Source: Azolla caroliniana (lineage: Eukaryota; Plantae; Polypodiophyta). From it: DNA of 64,000 nt. The notes beneath the pieces are model-generated. The model saw nothing but the letters and a program-made list of their open reading frames with translations. It did not search any database and was not told the DNA's origin. A program made the translations under genes and the position numbers. Shown one piece after another: positions 24,404-37,370 of the stretch. Position 1 is the stretch's first letter. Every line of letters starts with the position of its first letter. Location: the NCBI GenBank assembly GCA_043228905.1, contig JBHGNT010000158.1, positions 70 to 64,069 on the forward strand, given 5' to 3'.

Positions 24404-25101
24404 ATGGCAGCCGGCGCAGGACGAGGAAAGGCCGCAGGAAAGAAAGCCACGTCTCGTAGCTCCAAGGCTGGGTTGCAATTCCCTGTTGGGAGGATCGCTC
24501 GATTCCTCAAGTCTGGGAAGTATGCAGAGAGGGTAGGCGCCGGTGCCCCTGTCTATCTTGCCGCTGTTCTTGAATACCTTGCAGCAGAGGTAGGCTCAAT
24601 TTCGCTTCCCATTTCTGTGTATGGTTTTTTGTTTTTGTGTTTTTTGTTGTAGGAGATCATAAATTCGCCAAGGCTATGTCCCGGTTTCTTGTGAATTCTG
24701 TGCATAATTCTCAGTTTATTTAGGATTGAATATTTTTTCTCCATAGCCTCATCTTTAATATGAGTAGAGATTCGAAGGTTTCTCTTTTTGACTCTGTATA
24801 TTAGGGCTTTATACGTTTTCTACCACTCGCTAGATGCTGTATTGAATTTTTGGTGTTGTCTAATTGGTAACGAATTGATTTGCAGGTGTTAGAGCTTGCT
24901 GGCAATGCTGCTCGTGACAACAAGAAGAACCGGATTGTTCCTCGCCATATCCAGCTGGCTGTGAGGAATGATGAAGAACTGAGCAAGCTGCTAGGACAGG
25001 TCACTATTGCCAATGGTGGTGTGCTACCCAATATCCACAATGTACTCCTACCCACCAAGAAGTCGGCAGCTGGTGGCAAATCAGCCTCAGAAGATTTGTA
25101 G
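24404..25101 (+). CDS. H2A: Histone H2A, 2 exons
   Basis: Exons 24404-24589 and 24886-25101: [20 protein letters not shown]...YLAAE|[14 protein letters not shown]...LLP. Intron at the usual plant H2A position. Confidence 0.97.
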
Positions 25102-26120
25102 TTCACTCAATTGTTGTCTGGATTCCACTCTTTGTTTACCATCATCTGGGTGTTTCGTTAAAGCCATCCATAGGTCTAGGGCTTTCTAATAGCCTTTTTC
25201 TTGGTTGAATCATGTAAAGGCCTGACTTTGCCCCTGCACTGATGGATAGCAATGCACCCAATGTAAATGTCAATTAACAGACATCTGAAAGTGTGTTAAA
25301 TACTTAGATTTTAATGCCAGAAACTCTTAATTCTTGCTGTATCAATTTGTTTGATTTTAATTGAGTTAGATTTTGTAGTTACTGCAGATTGGATGTATGT
25401 TACTAAAAATAGTAACATCATGTGCTACCCTCTAATGTATACGTGGTTCTGTTGAAGCTGTGGATTGTCTTGTCTTATCAATGTATTGTGCATGTTCTGC
25501 TATAGTTGAAATGTGTGTGGATATCTGCAGATGTATAACGTGTTTCTTGAGGGAACATGAAGCAAGGCCTGATTATTGCTCCTGCTTTAAGACATTTCCC
25601 ACATAAACTATGTGAGTGGATTAGACACATTTGAAATCAGTGCTGTACATGGATATGGTGAAGTCTACATAATTATTTAGAATTCCAAAGCACATGTCAT
25701 ACCCTGGTATACATGCGAATGCATGTGCTTGCACACAAAGAGAGCTATATATATCTCAGATTTTTGTTTCATGTTGAATACTTTTAATATTTGTATATCA
25801 TACATGCATATTGAAGTCAGAAATTATCTCGTGCATGTGCACCTAAATTATTGGTATTGGCATCGTGCTAATTATACAAATTGTTAACCATCCCCTAGGA
25901 TAGATACCAGGAACTTTCTTCTATATCCAAAGGCTAAGCTTTTCATGTATCAAATGCATATTACCAGAACACTCAGAAAAACAGTGTTTGCTGAATGTAA
26001 CCTTATATTAAAATGTTTGCTTTTGTACAAGAAATCCTACAACATTTCTTGATTGGAGTTTTTCTGATTACATGGATCATGTAATGGTGCAAACTGTGGC
26101 TGCACCAATCCTTAACATTC

Positions 26121-29100
26121 CTATTTCCTGCCACCCAAACCTCTCAAACTACATGACGGAACCTTTCCATGTGGTTTTTCTTTCCAAATGTAGTAAACAC
26201 GATTTCCTATCTTGCACTCAATTTTGTTAACAAAATGAGACCAAATAGGTTTGGCTTTACTGCTTGAGTTCAACTTGTTAAGCTTTTCTCTAATCTCTAT
26301 TAAGGAAGGTGATATATTGCCTAAAGTCCATAGAAGTGAAACATGAGGACGAGGATCCTGCAAATATGTGGAATTAGTTGGTGTTAATATCACAAGGTAA
26401 TGATGATGAAATATATATTTACAATAGAATTGCCGGCTATATATTTCAAACGCAGAACTAGCGGAACACACCTCATAGAATGTTTGCAGGTTATGCAATT
26501 TGAAGACTTCATTTACAAGAGATATTTGTTTGCATATCTGCAAAACACATCTCACATGTGTCAGAAAACCAATTGAAATATAACAATGAATATGACCTGA
26601 AGAAAACATTTTCACATTATCCAATCCTAAACCTGCACTAATCCTTTATCGGTAACTTCAGAACTAAGAAAGGCTCGGGTTTGATCATCATTGACAAATA
26701 TCTCCCAATAATCCAGCTCCAACCAATATCTATTAAACCAGTAACAAATAAATTATTAGAAACATAAATGGAGGTAGGCATATGTTCATTCCCTCATTCA
26801 ATATACTGAAATATATAACTGACCCTTTTTGGCAGTCAAATTTATTTTGAAGCATGGAAACTATTGAATCGATTTGATGTATAAGAACAGGCACAGTTCG
26901 GGAAAGACTTATATGATACTCTTTTGCCAGGCTCAAATTACATGGAGTCCTGCCATCTTGGCGCGAAAAACTTGGTGTATCAGACTCCACGAGCTGAAGT
27001 TCTGGTGCAATGGAAAAGGCTTCCTTTACAAAAGGTTCAAGTCGGGCCCTGGTAATAGATGATAGAAGAACTGTTCCCCTCCCCACCAAAATCCAAAACC
27101 AAAACATGAGAACAAGGAAAATCGAACACAAAAGTATGCACTGTAAGGTATTTCTCTTTCATCATCGAAATAAATATTTATTGGGTTAGTTTGCAAATAA
27201 ACAATTTAATATGCAAGCTGCTCTTAGGAACCACTACATACATGTTTTCTAGTTTATTCCTTTCTTCCTCTCTCTTCTGTGTTAACATATTTACTTTCTA
27301 CACTCTATCCTCACAATTATAATGCTATTCAGCACAAGCTCATCAAGAAGTCTTACACAATGTACATGACATGCCAGAATCGAAGAAAATGTATATACGA
27401 ATTTGCGAGAAGAAAAAGGAACACGAATGACATAACAAGATTATGAAGCTTCAAACAGAAGTAGGTAAATGCATTTCATGAATATTTGCTTCTCAAAAAA
27501 TAGCCAGATCACAAATAGGTACACTAAAATGTGTTCAGAACATGCAAACATATTAATTTTCTCTTGTAAAGGAACATCTATACCCTGTTTTGGATTCTTT
27601 GCACTTGGATGGTCCTTCAATGTTCATGTGCCATGTAGTGGGCATGAAGAGTATCATAAACAGAAGTAGGTATGCCTTTCATGAATATTTGCTTCTCAAA
27701 AAATAGCTAGATCACAAATAGGCTTACTAAATGTGTCCAGAACATGAAAAACATAATATATTTCTCTTGCAAAGGAACATCAATGCCCTGTTTTGGTTCT
27801 TTGCACTTGATGATGGTCCTTCAGGACAAGATAACAGGCACAAGTAACAAACTGTAGAGAATGCACGCCTCACATATTTCTGACACACCAGGTGGGAAAA
27901 TAATCACTGAATCACCATGGAGAATGCAAGCCTTGCATCCTTGATGCATGAAAGGTGGGAATATGGGCAAAATATTGAGAGGGATGAGTCATCATCATCA
28001 AAAGGCCTTTGACACCTGGATATGAGTTACAGTATGGAACTGCAACAGAGCTCATAAACAGATGTAGGTCTTTTCCAGGAAACGTTAAGAGACACAGATA
28101 CTATGTTCTACAAAAAGAAAAAGATACATTAGTGCTCAGGGAGTAGGTTATCATGCATTAGATAATACCTGTGGGCATTGATCAGGAGCACAAAACTAGA
28201 TGCTCAGCACATACATTGTTCCTATCTTAAAAACAGGGAATCCCATACAACTGGGATAATGCAGGACTACAATGGTTGGACATAGCTGTGCCAAGTTGCA
28301 TGGGTCCAAATCTTCACACTTTGAGCCATCGTTGAGGAAAGCAATTCAAGAAGGAAACTAATCTATTGCTGCTTTTGTAGAGTTCCCCAGCCATTGACAA
28401 AGAACCATGTGCAAGCCACGTGGAGAGTTTGCAGAACCTAGGGGTCCCTCAGGATAGGGGCTAAACATTAGGCTGATGAGATTATGTACATACCAGACTC
28501 ACCATAGATTGTTAGCACTCCTCAACCTAGAGCTTCACAGAAAGCGGAAGTTACAAATACAAAAGCAGATAATAGGACTTGCACAGAGATTAGTCATAGA
28601 CTTATTCGACCCTTCCAAGCCTTTCAACTACTGCTCCACAAAGTTTGGTTAGAGACCTCAACAATATGCATTGGGAACATGAAGTGAGTTCAAGGTGTGA
28701 TTCTAGAGAGGCACAATCAGTCACTGAGATTTGCATATTATGCCACCCACATCCTACGGGGAGATTGAGAGGCATATATTACAGCTGGATGCAGTCCATC
28801 ACTTGGTTTTGGTGCCTTCCTCTACGATTCACACATACTTAAGATGAAGAAGCAAATGACATAAATCATCTCAGGGTGATCTGCAGGATGCTGTGGCCTT
28901 ATTGCTCTTGAGATGTATTACCATTCACTTCAGAACCTACAAGCAGGGTTGCGTTTTCATTTACTTACTGGATTATTTTGCAGCTTATAATATAACTTAC
29001 AGAGTTTTATAAGATATTACGAATGTAATAGTTGTGGGTCTCAGAGGTAATTTGGCCTCTTTAAAGATGTTAATATAATATATATTTGCTTCTTTCATTT

Positions 29101-32100
29101 TGAATTCACAAGCTTCCTGCTAAGTGAGAGCAGAGACTAAATAGTGGACTATTGGGGTCTCACCTACTACTATAACATATCCATACATCACCACAGAAAG
29201 GCCCTGATACAACTATTTGCAACCATTACAACAACGAGCTGGGAGCTACATTGCAATTCTGAGGACTCCAAGAGAGGATAATATCCAGAGAAGCATTGGC
29301 GTCTGGTACGTATTCCTCACAATGGATTGGAACAACTTCCTCAGAATGTCCTCATCTTCTGAAAGTTGGTGGCATATGAGCGAGTCCCAAGAGCTTGTTA
29401 CTCAGAGATAACTGCATAGTTGCATGGGGTTGCTGCTTGACTTGCAGGTCTTGAACACTACTATCTGTGCAGAACATAGTGGTAAGGCAGATGATCATTA
29501 TGTTGGATGAACAAAGGACATGGGGTAGACCAGAATGGCCCATGGCAACAAGGACGGCCTTCTATAGAGACTACTTTACACTGATAACAGATAGTTTCCA
29601 ATTTCCCGTGACACAAACACAACTCTCTCCCTGGCATAATTTTCACTCTTCAAAGTATAATAAGATAATATTGATCATTTCGATATTTATGAACTGATAT
29701 GATTATAGCTAACATGTGATATCATACACACCTAAGATAGTTACATGATGTTTTTTTACATTGCTTCACATCTATGAAGCGTAAGTTTTGCGTAAGAAGA
29801 AGTCTTGCATACCTGGAATATAAACATGCAAAGCATAATTTCCATCAACATGTGGAAAGCTTCGAATCCTTCCACGATGAGGGTCATTCATCTGCAACAA
29901 ACATGCTATTTATGCCAGATGAGTTAAACCTTTAAATTTTATTACAATTTACTTAAACATACACTACCAGATACAGGGTGTGGCACAACGGGCATTTGAT
30001 TATGTATCAATTCAGAAAGATGGTATGATTAGGAGAAATCTCAACAGATAAGAGATTGATGGCCATACTTAATCTGCGAGTGTACATATGTAATCAACCA
30101 CATCTTCCACACAAGATATCAAATTGATGGGTATTTAATTTCCAACAAAATGTGAATTTGTACTATGTATTCCCATTTCATAAGAACCCAAAGATCAAAG
30201 CATAGAACAATTCCATTACAGTCCAGCATTCTCCACTCTCTGTGAAAACATGTGTGAATGGCCTGAGACATTACCACCATGATCTGGGACATTCTCGAGT
30301 CACTGCATATAAGGCATTATGCAACCATGGATAAGACAACTCATGCCATGCTTCATTGAAGGACCAATCACACGCACACACACACTGCATATACCCCACC
30401 CCACACATTACCATTCACTTCACCAATGAAAAGATATACGCTCAGTTGAGGTTTATGAGGGGTCTTTGCCTCCTTCACATGTCCACACCCACCTTTACGG
30501 CACAAATAGCACGTTTCCTCCACAAATCAGCCATCAACTCCTTCCCACACACAAAGCACATGAAAAGTACTCCAATTGATGGTATGATGATAATTGCAAA
30601 GAGCTCAACTGCCTGTTAGGAGCCCAGAAAGCATTAAGGGAAGCTAGACAACTAGTAAAGACTCCTATGCACCGCAAGAGAAGGGTCTTTGAAGAGGCAC
30701 ATGAGCTTGATCTCTGCCACCTGCTCATGATTTTGGAATCTAGGAATAGGAAATATATTTGATGAAAGAAAAGTAGAAGAAGATGATAAAGAAGAAGCAA
30801 TGGAATAAAAGAGGCTTGGTCTATTCTTACCTTGTCCTCCCAACCTTAGGACATGCCTTTAAATACTAGCCCCCATGCATAAATGCTAGTATGCATGTCC
30901 CCCATAGTTCGGTGTTATGTGTCCACACCTATGCTCGAGGCTATCTCCGAATTGTCCCATGATACTTACGGTAGTGACATACCATCCCCCTTAAGGGATT
31001 GGTCACTATCCCCCTTCCAAAACTACCTCTCAGATTCCCACATAGCGGACAAAGGATGACCTTTCATAGAAACAGAAATTGATGGAAAGTATGATCTCTC
31101 AACTTCTTCTCTCAAATCTCTAGGATACAATCCTTCCCTGAGTCAACTATCAAAGGACTTGGCTATTCCACATTACCATCCATCATGCTATCTTCATCTA
31201 GTATACACTTCTTCATTCTATTAACAAGAAACACAAGATGAATAAGACTACCCCCTGACAAATCTAGCTTATAAGCAGCCTCTCCAATCTTCTCTGTGAT
31301 CTTCCATGGACCATAAATATCCACGAACTTAATAGAGGAGCCAATATGGGCCATAATAACCAAAAAGTACACATCTTGTTGTCAAAACATGTCACTCTAC
31401 TCATAGCAGATTGGATATTTTTTTTTGCCAATATCCAACTTGTCTCTCATATCCTTTAAATAATGCGAAGCAATTGCATTACAACTACTCAATCCTACTG
31501 AATATGGATAAGCTGACTAAACCCTGTAATTCAGCTAGAATGGGGAAAACTTGATCACCAAATGTTTCCGTGAGTTATACACAAGCTAAAGCAATAAATA
31601 ACTTCCCTAGTCTGTTTGACTGATTGACACATGCCAAACATATATTCCAACACTTGGTTAGTCATTTCTATTTGACCATCGATCTCAGGATGTTCTCCAT
31701 TCGTAAACTTCAATATAGTGCCTAGTTTCAGAAACAAGCTAGTCCAGAACTTCTTGGTTCACGACAATAGTTTTGGGTAACCCATGAATATGGAATACAC
31801 ATTGAATGAATATAGATCGGTCACCTATGAAGCAATTGCTTTCTTTGCAGTGGCAAAAAAGTACGCCTTTTTAGTGAACGGGTCAACAACTAACACTGCA
31901 TTTTGTTGACATTGAGTACAAGGCATACCCACAACGAAATCCATGTACACACTTGTCCACAGGCAAAATTTGCAACAAACAAGGATAATATACTCTTTCA
32001 TACTTAGTGGTCTCCCAAGGAATGCATCAGAGACACATAGTCTAGCGCATCATAGTACGTACATGGTCCCCAATAGTAGCACTTTGTCATTTCTAGAGTT

Positions 32101-32853
32101 TTCTTCATGCCAGATGTCCAGCACATGAACTACTGTGACAATCCCTCATAACCTGGTTCCTACTACCGGGAACCTACAGTACACATATATTCCATTTCTC
32201 GAGAAACCTTCGCTCAATGGAGAACTTTGGGGCTAGTGGTGTAATGTTGCATATATTATGTGAGATTTGGAAGCTGCTATACATAGCTATCCTTGTACGA
32301 CAAGATCATATAAGCATTCCACATTCCATTGTTATCATACATGTACCGTTTCTTGCATCTTTTCAGATGGTGCACAACCATGCACCTTCGTACATTTGAT
32401 TTGTTTGATATGCCGATTTTGTAAAAATATGCATTAACAATTCTCTCACTCTCACTCTCTCTCTCTAAATGTGCCAAAATTAGCCTCCTCGTGCACAATG
32501 AAAATTCTAATTCTCTTCAAAGGTGAAGAGATATTCGAACAGCCTTGTCTATATGTACCACTACTTACACGTAATAGCCAAGTTAAACCGAAAAAAATGA
32601 AGAAGAAGGAGAGAGTGTAGTGTGCCTTACAGGAGTTAGAAGCATTGAGGAGGTCAGACGGAGGAGGAGGCAGAGAGGAGGAGGAGGAGGAGGAGGAGGA
32701 TGAAGCCTCAAGTGTCATGGAAGGTTTTGGCTTCTTCCGCTGGGGTGAGTCTGTGGTGGACGACGACGATTCCGAGTCGGAAGCCTTCCTCTTGGGCGAG
32801 TCTGCGATGGACGATGACTCAGAGTCGGATCCATAGATTAGCAAAGCATCCAT
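26121..32853 (-). CDS. USB1: U6 snRNA phosphodiesterase USB1 (2H phosphoesterase)
   Basis: Exons (-) 32853-32631, 29891-29813, 27070-26824, 26729-26633, 26537-26472, 26357-26121. Motifs GRIRSFPHVDGNYALHVYIP, EYHISLSRTV, FVNDDQTRAFL and PRPHVSLLW (two HxS motifs). A phase mismatch after exon 1 requires a micro-exon or an alternative acceptor. Confidence 0.88.
27456..27823. repeat. Diverged direct duplication (about 165 bp, period about 205) in a USB1 intron
   Basis: cagaagtaggta...tttcatgaatatttgcttctcaaaaaatagc...ggtccttca occurs at about 27456 and 27661. Confidence 0.85.
30700..32250 (-). mobile_element. Degenerate Ty3/gypsy LTR retrotransposon (integrase, PPT, start of 3' LTR) in the first long USB1 intron
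   Basis: Remnants HPEIDGQIEMTNQVLEYM and YGPWKITEKIGEAAYKLDL...IHLVF (GPY/F region). The - strand reads AAGGGGGATGGTA-TGTCAC, a PPT followed by an LTR start at 30979. Outer limits approximate. Confidence 0.75.
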
Positions 32854-32984
32854 GGATGGAAACAGCAAATAGACCAAGACAGACAAAAGGCACAGACAGA
32901 GAAGGTGCCCCAGTGTCTCGCTATACCGAGAGCCTATATACATAGCTAGAGCTAAGCTGCCATGGGGCACACATAACAATCGGC

Positions 32985-33335
32985 AACGGTTCGGTTCGGT
33001 TTGAGAGGGTCCAAACCGAACTGTTTAACAAATTTTAAACCTGAACCAAGCCGAACCACGAAACTGTTAAACCGCGGTTTCGTGGTTTGCTTTTGGTTTT
33101 CAACATAGGTCAAAATTTTAAAATTTATAATACTTCATTATTTAAAATTTTTAAGATGTTCCTTTTTAGGTGTGAGAATAAGGTCTAAAAATGAAAAGAT
33201 TGTTTAAAAGCCATTTTTAATTTAAAAAAAAAAAAAATAGAAAATAGAAAACCGTTAAACCATTTAAACCACGGTTTCTGGTTATTAAAACCGAACCAAA
33301 CCGTTAAGCTGCGATTTCACGGTTCGGTTTGTTGC
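32985..33335. mobile_element. AACCG/CGGTT-rich non-autonomous (MITE/hAT-like) element
   Basis: cggttcggttcggttt at the left end, aaccgaaccaaaccg at the right end, AT-rich core. Related to 48330-48990. Confidence 0.65.
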
Positions 33336-35293
33336 CGATTGTTAGGCACACATTTTATCATAAAAGTATGGTTTTTACACATTAGGGTGGACCCTTCTAT
33401 AACTTGTCCCCAATCCCTCTCGATTTCTAACCCACAATGATTTGGACGTTTTTCTGCCTTGTTCAGAGAGAGATATGAGATATGAGATGAGGTGCCCATT
33501 GGGCCATAGCTGCTATGGTCATGTCGATTTTTCATGTCCATGTGGCGAAAAGTGATATTTGGTATGGCCGGGTTTACCTAAGATGTGTGAGCAAAAGTTG
33601 CATCAATCGTTTCCAAAGTCCTGGAAATGGAGGAGTCAAAGGTTTTCCAATACCGTATGCAATTTTTATTGGCGAGATGACAAAGCAAAATCCAATTTTC
33701 ATGAACTAAAATGAAATTGGTAATGCATAGCAGTTTATTAATAACAGATTTGCAGGCTTTTAATTTCCTCTTTAATAAATGTGGATGCATGAATTGCACA
33801 TGACCAAGGAGCAATCTCTATTGTTGCAGCATGTCGAAAGGCTTTAAAATTTGTTCTAATACATTTGTAAAGTTTAACTTCATCTCTCTCTCTCTCTCTA
33901 GGTCAAATTCTCTGCCCTGTTCACAATCAACGGCTTTCTCGAGTGGAATGCTCTTTGCATACAAGTTATAGATGGTTGTGTTAGTGATCTTCCTTCTTAT
34001 CCAACAAACCTCTTATTTGAAGCATACCATGATGGTTTTCTACTCCTCATGCCTAGCTCTAAGCTTATGGACATTGGCATTCATTTTTTGTCTCATGTCT
34101 ATTGAGAAAAAGGAATTTAGAGAATAGATTGGAACAAGTGTTGGGTTCAATATGCATAATACATCATTGTACAACTATGAATACTTATACGGTATACCAT
34201 TACACTACCTTAATGCATGTTTCGCACCTAGCAAGTTAATATTTAAAGGTATCTTTAGATGCACTCAATGACTATGTTTCACAAATCTTTGATTAATTTG
34301 AACAACTTGCTACCTATCCATTAAAGGAAGGATATGATTACAAAGAATATTTCAGTCAATTGAATGCATGAAATTCTTGTCATTTAGATGTTGAAACGAG
34401 TGTTTGAATCAAAATTCACTTCCATTGTGAATATTCAAGTTAAATTACATGTTCTTCAGTGATGATTGAAATCTATCAAGTATACATATGATGGTCCCAC
34501 TTTTGACACATGTTTACTTTGGATTAAGAATGAAGTAACCTCCTTGCCTAAATTTCAAAGCATATGGGCTGTGTTTTATATCTAAAAGGAGTGGGAACCC
34601 TCTTTTTCATTTGTACTAAGGCTCAACTTCTTTCTCAACATTTTGGAAGTGTCACCCATTCTCTTTTACGCAACAATGTCTATTTCATTTGTAGAGTAAC
34701 AATCTCGGTCATGAACTCTTTCCCTATCTCGCCAAAAGACTTTACATTTCATGATTGCGATCAACAACATCTTATAATAAAGGGTTCTCGTGATCTTCAC
34801 AAATTTAGCTTTTACTCTAAGGTTCGTGACATATCTTTTCAAGCCTTTTATCTCGTCCTACGGGAGGAGAGTTTGCAAATTAGCAATTCGATTGAGCCAA
34901 AGCATTGCATTGGTTAGACGATTATTGGAGTACATTAGCACTATCCGATCCCGATAGACACACTAGAATGTCTCTAACATAGCGGTTAGATGCGAGGCAA
35001 AACCGATCCCATCCCATCCATGTCCGCAATGTTCAGGCATACATAGGCCATGGCAGGTGTGAGCATCACTCCACCCCATCCATCCATCCATTGTCTGTCC
35101 CTACATCATCCCTCCCTTCTCTTTTCTTCTCTTTATGTGTGTGATTACAGTTAGCAGGTAGGTTACTTGAAACACAAGTGATGTTCAAAACAGCAATGAT
35201 AAGAATGAATTGAATACATCTGCACAAACATAGGGTAAGAGTAAGAATAAGAATAAGAGTGTGTGTGTGTGTATGTATGATTTCACCATATCC

Positions 35294-37023
35294 ATGGCAG
35301 CTTATTTTTGCCAAGAGCAGTATCACATCACACTTGGCTTCCTGCATCTCCTTAGCATACTTCTCTTCTCTACTGCTGCTGTTCCTCCTCCTCCTCCTCC
35401 TTTCGCGGCTCGGTTGCGGTCCAAGTTCAGTACAACTACTGGAGTGCTGAGCAGCCCTAATCCTAATGACATGACAACGGCTAATGTGTGGCCTCAGCTT
35501 CGGCATCGGCATCGGCATCGAGATGAGCTCATTATCAATGGAGATGAGCACATGATCCATGGAGATGAGGTCATGATTCATGGAGATGCGCCGATGATGG
35601 ATATAGCAGCTGGGAATAGGCAGCGAAGGGAGGAGGTGGACGCCGAAATGTTGGACTATGCAATGAGGAGGTTGAGGCAGGAAGGGAGGGATGCAAAGAC
35701 AGGGCAAGCATATGAGGTGAGATTGCCGAGGTGGACCGCACCCCCTCTGCGAGGGGGCCCGGGCCCGGGCCCGGTGAGGGCATGCCAAGTCATGCGGGCC
35801 GAGCCCGGGAGCCTCCGCAGGAGGGGCCTGCTCTTCAATGGCTTCACCATTGCCCAGGGTACTCAGGTCCATCAACAGGCAGTAGTACCACAAGAGCATG
35901 GGGTCACCACAAATATAACAGCACCTCATACCTTGGAAACTAGCCAGGTAAAAAAAACACAGATTGTTTGGCCACTAAAGCTTTTTTGCTTTTCTGTTTT
36001 ATTGCTTTTGAGTACTGAATGCATCCCCTTCCAACATTAGCTAATGCTGCTTATTGTTAATCTCATCATTATCATCATCATCATCATCATTATCAGCAGC
36101 AGAAGCAGCAGTTTCTTTTGCTTATTTATCGCAGTCTCGACAACCATCTCGCTCTCGATTCCACCTTCTACCAGCTTCCTCCGGGCTACACATTCATTAG
36201 CCCCATCTTTGGCATCATCGGTTATACCTACTCTCAGCTCCTTCTCCTCAATAATACCAGTATAAGCACAGATAGCAGCAGTGCAGTGCTCACAAAGGTA
36301 GAACTCTCATCCACTTCCATGACCACTGTGGCCATTCTCCCCACCAATTCCTTTAACCTAACTAGTTCCCGTTCGCCGCCCTACAATGCGAGCCCCCCGG
36401 CTGTAACCCCTCTCTGTGCTTTCTTCCTGCCCAATGGCTCCTTCTATTTCTCTAACCTCTCACACCCTCCCAACATCTGCTCTTCCTTCATAGTCTCTGA
36501 TACAGCTCTAGTCCTTCCGCCGCCTCCTTCTCCGGATATCGTAAACCTCCTCCGCCCCAAAACCTCCACTATTCATGCTTACCCTACTTCTTCTGCACCG
36601 AACACTACCACAATTCCCCCTAAGTTTGCACTAATCCTTGCCTTTGCGGGTGCTGTCGGGCTCGGGACACTCATGATGGCTGCTGCCATTTTGCTGGCTC
36701 GCGGCTGCGCCATGCCCAACACCACCAGGAATCTTCTCTCCAAATTATCACAACAATTGCCAGCAGCTCTTCATGATGAACCAAGTAGGATAGCAGCCCA
36801 GATCACAGATCATGCCACTAATCTGCACCATGATGAGATTTCGGCCACTACTAGTGGCTGCTTGACTTATGGTCTTGGCAATACTGTTATTCATCACGAT
36901 GATCAGAACACCCAGCTCCTCTACGATAATTATAGCCATCATACCAGAGCTCCCTCTGTGCCTGCCCTCAGAACAAAGCCTTCATTGGAGGTGGGCAGCC
37001 TACATGCCATGGTTTCATCTTGA
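35294..37023 (+). CDS. DUF1191-like type I membrane protein, 2 exons
   Basis: Signal peptide, then LDYAMRRL..KTGQAYEVRLP..GSLRRRG...F.I. Intron 35948 to about 36096 (phase 0, tandem CAG acceptors). Then LIYRSLDN...YQLPPGYTFISPIFGIIGY, CAFF..NGS, PNIC and a TM helix FALILAFAGAVGLGTLMMAAAILL. Confidence 0.75.
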
Positions 37024-37370
37024 CAACCATTACCATATATGTACCTATCTTCCCGAACAATACACTTAAAAACCCTAAACCCAATATTTGCAAGAACTCC
37101 CCCTTCACACAAATGCCCTGTATTATTTGCGAGAACCCTAAATCATGGTGTTGGGGCGATGCTGTTATTCATGATGATGATGATGATGTTGACACCCTGT
37201 TCCTCTACAATTGTAGTTACCATACCAGAGGCTCCTTCTTCTGTAAACGAAGCTCTCTTTGGGGGTGGGCAGCTTCCATGGCATGATTTCATCTTGACAC
37301 TAAACTATATATCTATCTTCCATACAGATACCTTAAACCCTAAACCCTAAACCATATATTTGTAAGGACA
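36870..37370 (+). repeat. Diverged tandem duplication of the DUF1191-like gene's 3' end
   Basis: ctgttattcat..gatgat...cataccagag...gggcagc...tttcatcttgaca...aaccctaaaccc occurs at about 36870-37095 and 37145-37370. Confidence 0.75.

Noticed and set aside
35066-35929. 287-aa minus-strand ORF
   Set aside because: Antisense shadow of the DUF1191-like exon 1.
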